Positions 57,882 through 64,000 of a DNA stretch of 64,000 nucleotides are shown piece by piece (the first letter of the stretch is position 1; the number at the start of each line of letters is the position of its first letter). Origin of the DNA: Blastomonas sp. (GTDB lineage: Bacteria > Pseudomonadota > Alphaproteobacteria > Sphingomonadales > Sphingomonadaceae). A program made the position numbers and the translations under genes. The notes under the pieces were generated by a model that had not been told where the DNA came from, did not search any database, and worked only from the letters and a program-made list of their open reading frames with translations. Where the stretch lies: the NCBI GenBank assembly GCA_046291395.1, contig JBKBTF010000009.1, positions 3,234 to 67,233 on the forward strand, in the 5' to 3' direction.

Positions 57882-58816
57882 CCATCCGCGTCGCCCTGAT
57901 CGGCTTCGGCAAGATCGCCGCCGATCAGCACGTGCCCGCGATCGCCGCAGATCCGCGATTCGAGCTTGCGGCGGTCACCGCGCGCAGCGGCGATCCGGAT
58001 ATCGGCGTGCCATGGTTTGCCGAGGCGGCGGAGATGTTTGCCGAAATGGAAGGGCGGCTCGATGCCGTCGCGATCTGCACGCCGCCGGGGGCACGCTATG
58101 GCATCGCGCTGCAGGCGATCGATGCAGGGCTTGCGGTGCTGCTTGAAAAGCCCCCGGCGGCGACGCTGGGCGAGATCGAGGCGCTCGAGGCCCATGCGCG
58201 CGAAAAGGGCGCATGTCTGTATGCCGGATGGCATTCGCAGCACGCCCCGGCGGTCGCGCCCGCCGCAGCGGCGCTCAAGGACGCATCGGGCATTGCCCGG
58301 CTCGATATCATCTGGCGCGAGGATGTGCGCAAGTGGCACCCCGGTCAGGACTGGATCTTCGAGCCGCAGGGCTTCGGCGTGTTCGATCCCGGCATCAACG
58401 CCTTGTCGATTGCCTCGGCCATTCTTCCGGATCGGCTGTTCGTCGAATCAGCGCAGCTTGAGGTGCCTGAAAACCGGCAGGCACCGATTGCGGCGAAGAT
58501 CACCTTTTCGGGCGGCAACCACCACGCCGATTTCGACTTCCGACACAGCGACGGCGAGGAATGGACCATCGCGATCGAAACCGCTGAAGGACGGCATGTC
58601 GAATTGCGCGAAGGCGGGGCCCGGCTGATCATCGACGGGGAGGAACAGCCGCTGGGTCCGCGCGAAGAATATCCCGCGATGTATCGCCGCTTTGCCGACC
58701 TGATCGCAACCGGCAGCGTCGAGATCGACCGCGAGCCGCTGCGGATCATGGCCGATGCCGTTCTTGCAGCACAGCGCACGGCGGTTGCATCGTTCATATG
58801 GACGGACGGGGGCTGA
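57878..58816 (+). CDS. D-galactose 1-dehydrogenase (Gfo/Idh/MocA)
   Basis: GFGKIAADQHVP, LEKPP, WREDVRKWHPGQDWI, GVFDPGINALS; dgo context. Confidence 0.88.
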   Translation: MTIRVALIGFGKIAADQHVPAIAADPRFELAAVTARSGDPDIGVPWFAEAAEMFAEMEGRLDAVAICTPPGARYGIALQAIDAGLAVLLEKPPAATLGEIEALEAHAREKGACLYAGWHSQHAPAVAPAAAALKDASGIARLDIIWREDVRKWHPGQDWIFEPQGFGVFDPGINALSIASAILPDRLFVESAQLEVPENRQAPIAAKITFSGGNHHADFDFRHSDGEEWTIAIETAEGRHVELREGGARLIIDGEEQPLGPREEYPAMYRRFADLIATGSVEIDREPLRIMADAVLAAQRTAVASFIWTDGG

Positions 58817-58822
58817 TCGCAC

Positions 58823-59596
58823 ATGGTGCTGGGCAAGAACGAGGGGCGGGAGGCAATCGCATTGGACAACCTGGGGGAAAGCGGGACGCGGTCGGGTCCC
58901 GCAGGGGCCGGACGCAATCTGACCTATGGCATGCTCGATGCGCTGGGCAAGGCGATCCTGACCGGCCATTATGATGACGCGCCCTTCCCGACCGAATCGG
59001 ACCTTGCCAAGCAATACGGGGTCAGCCGCTCGGTAACGCGCGAGGCGGTCAAGATGCTCACCGCCAAGGGGCTGCTCACCGCACGCCCGCGCAAGGGCAC
59101 CAGCGTCCAGCCGCAGGTGAGCTGGAACCTGTTCGACCCTGACGTGCTGCGCTGGCTGCTCGACCGCAAGTTCTCGCTCGATCTGCTGCGCCAGTTCACC
59201 GAGCTGCGACTGGCGATCGAGCCCACCGCTGCGGGGCTGGCCGCGATGTCGGCAACGCCGGGCGGGCTGGCCGCGATCAAGGCGGGGTTCGACCGGATGG
59301 CGGCCGCCGAAGCGGGCGATGACGATCCGCTTGAAGCCGATATCGCCTTCCACATTGCGGTGCTGCGCGCATCGGCCAATCCCTTCTTCGCGCAGTTCCA
59401 GGATGTCGTCACGACTGCGCTGCGGACCTCGATCCGGTTCACCAATCGCTTCAAGGGCCGCACCGCCAGCCTGCCGCAGCATCATGCCGTGCTGAGCGCG
59501 ATCGAGGATCACCAGCCCGAGCGGGCGCGTGCGGCGATGATGGCGCTGATCACCGACGTCATGACCCTGATCGCCGAGGCGGAAAAGAAGGTTTGA
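58823..59596 (+). CDS. FadR/GntR family regulator (DgoR-like)
   Basis: PTESDLAKQYGVSRSVTREAVKML, WNLFDPDVLRW, ADIAFH. Confidence 0.92.
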   Translation: MVLGKNEGREAIALDNLGESGTRSGPAGAGRNLTYGMLDALGKAILTGHYDDAPFPTESDLAKQYGVSRSVTREAVKMLTAKGLLTARPRKGTSVQPQVSWNLFDPDVLRWLLDRKFSLDLLRQFTELRLAIEPTAAGLAAMSATPGGLAAIKAGFDRMAAAEAGDDDPLEADIAFHIAVLRASANPFFAQFQDVVTTALRTSIRFTNRFKGRTASLPQHHAVLSAIEDHQPERARAAMMALITDVMTLIAEAEKKV

Positions 59597-60453
59597 TCAT
59601 GCAGTGCATTGCCGATGTCGGGGCGACGCTGGGCGAGGGCCCGATCTGGGATCCGCGCGAGGATGCGCTCTATTGGGTCGATATTCCCGAACGGCGCGTT
59701 TTCCGCTGGTCGGAAGCCGATGGCGTGCGCGCGATTCCAGTCGCGAGCCACGTTTGCTCGCTGCTGCCGCGCGCCAGCGGCGGCTTCATCGGCGGCGGCT
59801 ATGAGGGCTTCATCGCGATCGACCGCAGCTTCGGCATCACGCCGGTCGGCGACCCCGAGCCCGAACGCCCCGGCAACCGCTTCAACGACGGCAAGATCGA
59901 CCGCGCCGGGCGGCTGTGGGCAGGGACCATGGACCAGGCCGAGGCGCAGGACAGCGGCTCGCTCTACCGGATGGACGCAGACCTGAGCTGGCAGCGGATC
60001 GACACCGGCTACCGGGTGACCAACGGCCCTGCCTTCAGCCTCGACGGGTGCACGCTCTACCACACCGATTCGGCGCGTCAGAGGATCTATGCGTTCGATC
60101 TGGATGCCGATGGCAAGGCGACAGGCCGCCGCGTGCACCTCGCGTTCAAGGAGGGCGATGGCTATCCCGATGGCATGACGGTCGACGCCGAAGACTGTCT
60201 GTGGGTCGCCTTCTGGGATGGCTGGTGCGTGCGCCGCTTTTCTCCTGAAGGGCAGATGCTCACCCAGATCAGGCTGCCGGTCGCGTGCCCGACGAGCTGT
60301 GCGTTCGGCGGCGCCAACCTCGACCGACTGTTCGTCACATCGGCAAGCCGCGATTTGTCACCGCAGCAGCGCGCCGACCAGCCCCAGGCGGGCGGGCTGT
60401 TCGTATTTGACGCGGGCGTATGCGGCCCAGTGGAGACGCTTTTTGCGGGCTGA
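59593..60453 (+). CDS. SMP-30/gluconolactonase family lactonase (probable galactonolactonase)
   Basis: LGEGPIWD, RFNDG, TNGPAFS, PDGMTVD. Confidence 0.9.
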   Translation: MIMQCIADVGATLGEGPIWDPREDALYWVDIPERRVFRWSEADGVRAIPVASHVCSLLPRASGGFIGGGYEGFIAIDRSFGITPVGDPEPERPGNRFNDGKIDRAGRLWAGTMDQAEAQDSGSLYRMDADLSWQRIDTGYRVTNGPAFSLDGCTLYHTDSARQRIYAFDLDADGKATGRRVHLAFKEGDGYPDGMTVDAEDCLWVAFWDGWCVRRFSPEGQMLTQIRLPVACPTSCAFGGANLDRLFVTSASRDLSPQQRADQPQAGGLFVFDAGVCGPVETLFAG

Positions 60454-60460
60454 CCGCTGA

Positions 60461-61780
60461 TCACCGCGCCGTATCGGGCAGGATCTGCGCATAAAGTTCA
60501 TTCACCCGGCGTTCGGCATCGGCCAGCGCCGCCTCGATCGGTTTGGCGCCGGTCACCGCAGCCTCCAGTTCCTCGCCGATCAGGCTCTGGATCGCACTCT
60601 GCCGCCGCACAAAATCGGGAAGCTGCGCGCCGGTGCGGGCCAGCGCGGCAATATCGCGGCGGTGCGGCAGCGCCTGAAACGCCTGCGTCTCCAGCACCGG
60701 CTGCATCGCCGGAAGCTGGCCGGTGCGTGACCAGTCGAAACTGTAACGGGTGACGAAGCCCAGGAACCGCGCGATCGCCGCGCGTTCGTCGGGCCCGCGT
60801 CTGGCCTTGGGCAGTACCCAGGCGTGTCCGTCGACGAACGCGGCATCGCGGCCCCACAAAGTGGGGAAGGGTGCGATGGCATAACTCTGGTAGAGCGGCG
60901 ATCCCGGGCGTGCGGCCTCGGCATCGTAAGGCCCGATCATCCAGGTGCCGACCGGAAAGATGCCGCCCTCGCCCTTGGTGAAGGACGCGGTCGCGGCGGG
61001 GAAATCCTGGTTGCGGGTGGTCAGCCGCTCGGCGTGGAGCTGGCGCAGCAGGGCGATGATCCGCTTCGCCTCGGGAGTGTTCAGCCGGATGTGACGCGCA
61101 TCGGGAAAGATCACCGCGTCTTGCGCCAGGAGATAGGTATAGAGCAAGGCGACATGGAAGTCGGGCGCGTTGACATGCGCCTGGATCAGATAGGGCTTGC
61201 CCGTGGCCGCCTTGAACTGGCGCGCGTGGCGCAGCAGCTCTTCGGGCGAGGTTGGCAGCACCGGCCGCCCGTCGCGCATCAGCCCGGCCTCGGCCATCAG
61301 CCGGGTGTTGATGTGGAACAGGCGGCCGATCGTGTCCTGCGGCATCCCGTAAAGGCGGCCCTCCTTGACCACGCCCGCACGCGCGGCGGTGGTGAACTGC
61401 GCCGCATCGACCCCCGCCTGGCGCATTATTCCGTCCATCGGCTCGAGCAGGCCCCGGCCCTGATAGTCCGAGATCACCGACTGGTGCATCGTCACCAGAT
61501 CGGGCGGATCGCCCGCCGCGATCTGCGCGGCGAGCTGCGGATAGCCCGGCCAGGCGACGACGTTGACCTTGACGCGGATGTCGGGATTGTCCGCCTGGAA
61601 CCTGTTGATCATCGTCGTCAGGATGCCGCATTCGGTCTCGGCGGCGGCGACATCGGTGCTTTTGCCATAGACCGCGCCGCACTCGCCGAAGAAGCGCTGC
61701 ACCACGATCTCGGTGCGATCATCGCGCGACGAGCAGCCTGCGACCAGCAGCGCGGCGATCAGGATCAGCCAGTGCCTCAT
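60461..61780 (-). CDS. Sugar ABC transporter substrate-binding lipoprotein
   Basis: MRHWLILIAALLVAGC lipobox; AAGDPPDL, GRLYGMP; downstream of the permeases. Confidence 0.88.
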   Translation of the reverse strand: MRHWLILIAALLVAGCSSRDDRTEIVVQRFFGECGAVYGKSTDVAAAETECGILTTMINRFQADNPDIRVKVNVVAWPGYPQLAAQIAAGDPPDLVTMHQSVISDYQGRGLLEPMDGIMRQAGVDAAQFTTAARAGVVKEGRLYGMPQDTIGRLFHINTRLMAEAGLMRDGRPVLPTSPEELLRHARQFKAATGKPYLIQAHVNAPDFHVALLYTYLLAQDAVIFPDARHIRLNTPEAKRIIALLRQLHAERLTTRNQDFPAATASFTKGEGGIFPVGTWMIGPYDAEAARPGSPLYQSYAIAPFPTLWGRDAAFVDGHAWVLPKARRGPDERAAIARFLGFVTRYSFDWSRTGQLPAMQPVLETQAFQALPHRRDIAALARTGAQLPDFVRRQSAIQSLIGEELEAAVTGAKPIEAALADAERRVNELYAQILPDTAR

Positions 61781-62610
61781 TTTACGGTTGCTCCTGCCAT
61801 CGCGCGGACGATCTGCTTCTGGAAGATGATGTAGACGATCAGGATCGGCACAGAGGCGAACACCGCCTGCGCCATCAGGAAGCCGAGCCCGCTGGTCTGC
61901 GCATAATTCATCTGCGCCGAGGCAAGCCCCACGGTCAGCGTGAAATAGTCGCTCGTCGTCGCGGAGATCAGCGGCCACCAGTACTCGTTCCACGAGGCGA
62001 GGAAGGTGAACACCCCCAAGGTTGCTTGCGCCGGGATGGTCAGCGGCAGCAGCACGCTCCAGAACAGCCGGAAACGCGACGCGCCGTCGAGCATCGCCGC
62101 CTCGTCGAGCTCGCGCGGGATCGCCTTGAAATACTGGGTCATGAAGAACACGCCGAACGATCCGGTCAGCCCGGGCAGGACCAGCCCGGGATAGCTGTTG
62201 TGCAGCCCCAGCCAGGCAAAGATCTGGTGGCGCGGCAGGATCACCGCCTGTTCGGGAACGGCAAGCCCGAACAACACGATGATGAACAGGGTGCGCCGGA
62301 AGGGAAAATCGAGCCGGGCAAAGCCGTATCCCGCCAGCGACGCCAGCACGAGCACGCCGAAGGTTGTGCAGAGCGACACGATGATGGAGTTGACCAGCCA
62401 TTGCGATGTCAGCGACCCTGCAAAGATCGCGCGGTAGTTGTCGAGCGTGTAGGGCGGCGAGAATGCGGCCCCGCTGTCGACCATCAATGCCGCGTTGCTC
62501 TTGAACGACAGCAGCAGCGTCCACAGCATCGGGGTGAGCATGGTCGCAGCGCCGAGCAGCAGCAGGACCGTCACCGGCAGCGAGAGGCGCGCGCGCGCTG
62601 CCCCGCTCAT
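61777..62610 (-). CDS. Carbohydrate ABC permease (MalG-like)
   Basis: IPRELDEAAMLDGAS EAA loop; WNEYWWP. Confidence 0.93.
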   Translation of the reverse strand: MSGAARARLSLPVTVLLLLGAATMLTPMLWTLLLSFKSNAALMVDSGAAFSPPYTLDNYRAIFAGSLTSQWLVNSIIVSLCTTFGVLVLASLAGYGFARLDFPFRRTLFIIVLFGLAVPEQAVILPRHQIFAWLGLHNSYPGLVLPGLTGSFGVFFMTQYFKAIPRELDEAAMLDGASRFRLFWSVLLPLTIPAQATLGVFTFLASWNEYWWPLISATTSDYFTLTVGLASAQMNYAQTSGLGFLMAQAVFASVPILIVYIIFQKQIVRAMAGATVK

Positions 62611-63485
62611 GCTGCGTCCTCGTTGCGCGTCGTCAGCCAGTATTGCAGCAATGTCACCAGCAGGATCATCCCGAACAGCATTTCGGCAAGCGCGGCGGCA
62701 TAGCCCAGCTCCCAGCGTCCGAACGCGACCTCGAAGATATACAGCACCATCGTGCGCGACGCGCCTCCCGGGCCGCCCGAGGTGAGCAGCTGCGCCTGCC
62801 CGAAGATCTGCAGTTGCGCCGCGGTCTGCAGCATGACGACCAGCAGCAAGGTCCGCCGGATCGAGGGGAGCGTGATGCGGCGGAAGGTGGTCCAGCGGCT
62901 GGCGCGGTCGAGCGCGGCGGCCTCGTAGACATCGGCGGGCACTTGCTGAAGCCCGGCAAGGAACAGCATCACCGGAAAGCCCAGCGACCACCAGATCGTG
63001 GTGATGGCAAGCGCCGGGATGACCAGCGAGGGATCGCTGAGGAACGGAATCGATGGACGGCCCACCGCTTCCAGCCCCTCGGCGATCAGCCCGGCATCAG
63101 GGGTCAGAACGAAGCGCCAGATCAATGTGACGATGGTCACCGACAGCACCGAGGAGGAGAAGAATATGCCGCGGAAGATCGCAGCCCCGCGCGTGGCGCG
63201 ATTGAGCGCGAGCGCCAGCATCAAGGCCAATACGGTCAGCGGCGGGACGATCAGCAGCGCCAGCATCAGCGTGTTGCCGACCGCCTGATGGAACACCGGG
63301 TCGGCCAGTGCGCCGGCATAATTGGCAAGGCCTATCCACTCGCGCGCACCGAACAGATCGGCGCGGTGCAGGCTGATATCGATGCCGAGGATGAGCGGCC
63401 AGATCAGCACAGCGCCATAGAGCAGCAGGAACGGGCCGACATAGGCATAGCCCTCGAGGCGGCGGGTCCATCCGGGCATCGTCAT
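62607..63485 (-). CDS. Carbohydrate ABC permease (MalF-like)
   Basis: [28 protein letters not shown]. Confidence 0.93.
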   Translation of the reverse strand: MTMPGWTRRLEGYAYVGPFLLLYGAVLIWPLILGIDISLHRADLFGAREWIGLANYAGALADPVFHQAVGNTLMLALLIVPPLTVLALMLALALNRATRGAAIFRGIFFSSSVLSVTIVTLIWRFVLTPDAGLIAEGLEAVGRPSIPFLSDPSLVIPALAITTIWWSLGFPVMLFLAGLQQVPADVYEAAALDRASRWTTFRRITLPSIRRTLLLVVMLQTAAQLQIFGQAQLLTSGGPGGASRTMVLYIFEVAFGRWELGYAAALAEMLFGMILLVTLLQYWLTTRNEDAA

Positions 63486-64000
63486 ATCGCCGCCTCCGCA
63501 TGGTGGCCGGCGCCGTCGGGCCCGAACACATGCGCCGCCGCGCCGTTGATCCGCAGGCCGATCCTATCGCCGCTGCGCACCGCGCTGTTGCCCGCATCCT
63601 GCGCGGTGATCTCGGTGCCGCCTGCCAGCTCGGCATAGACCAGGGTGCGGTCGCCCAGCCGTTCGACCAGCACTGCTTCGGCATCGACATCGCCGCTGCC
63701 CTGGCCGGTCACCGCGACATGCTCGGGGCGCAGGCCGAGTTCGACCGGCGTGCCATCGGGCAGCCCTGCGCGCGGCACGCGGGTGGATACGGTCACGCCG
63801 TTGCCGATGTCGACCGCAGCATAGCGGGGTTCCGACGCAACGATGGTTCCGGGCACCAAAGTCATCGCAGGCGAGCCGACGAAGCGCGCGACGAAGGCGT
63901 TGGCGGGGCGGGCATAGACCTCCATCGGCGGCCCGACCTGCTGGATCCGGCGATCGTTCATCACCACGATGCGGTCGGCCAGGGTCATCGCCTCAGCCTG
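63482..64000 (-). CDS. Sugar ABC ATP-binding protein (MalK-like), 3' part only
   Basis: [14 protein letters not shown]…[23 protein letters not shown] domain; truncated by the window edge. Confidence 0.92.
   Translation of the reverse strand, partial: QAEAMTLADRIVVMNDRRIQQVGPPMEVYARPANAFVARFVGSPAMTLVPGTIVASEPRYAAVDIGNGVTVSTRVPRAGLPDGTPVELGLRPEHVAVTGQGSGDVDAEAVLVERLGDRTLVYAELAGGTEITAQDAGNSAVRSGDRIGLRINGAAAHVFGPDGAGHHAEAAI

Noticed and set aside
1-64000. CRISPR array, rRNA or prophage
   Set aside because: No regularly spaced repeats, rRNA-like sequence or phage genes seen.

Overview
High-GC alphaproteobacterial chromosome segment; gene content suggests Sphingomonadales (inference, no marker gene present). 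The left part is mostly housekeeping and lipid metabolism: trhO (partial), pdeM, a TonB-dependent receptor, rlmE, Ppx/GppA, a Ca2+/Na+ antiporter, a cNMP-patatin, acyl-CoA enzymes, maeB, a hybrid kinase, copAB, frmA-fghA, pmbA, a fatty acid-CoA ligase and trmB. Three accessory blocks stand out. (1) A complete 3177-bp IS1595-family element (6305-9481, 22-bp perfect inverted repeats, 8-bp CATTTCCA target duplication) sits at the CCA end of tRNA-Gln(CTG) and carries three passenger genes, including an auto-inhibited Fic protein. (2) A ~15-kb ion/inorganic-carbon locus (32087-47289) has an 8-gene Mrp-type antiporter operon with three MrpD-like subunits converging on a dabBA inorganic carbon pump. 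It also has an NhaR-like LysR regulator and, divergently, a degenerate isocitrate/isopropylmalate-dehydrogenase-fold protein, a Cys-free ArsR regulator and a CelD/BcsL-type GNAT. This is my best candidate for an undescribed system. (3) A galactoside utilisation locus (48854-64000) has two GH43 hydrolases, a mutarotase, a TonB-dependent receptor, a full De Ley-Doudoroff pathway, a FadR-type regulator with three candidate operators and a CUT1 sugar ABC transporter. No rRNA or CRISPR array was seen. All family calls come from motif recognition by eye, not database searches. Start codons were refined by eye from the ORF track.
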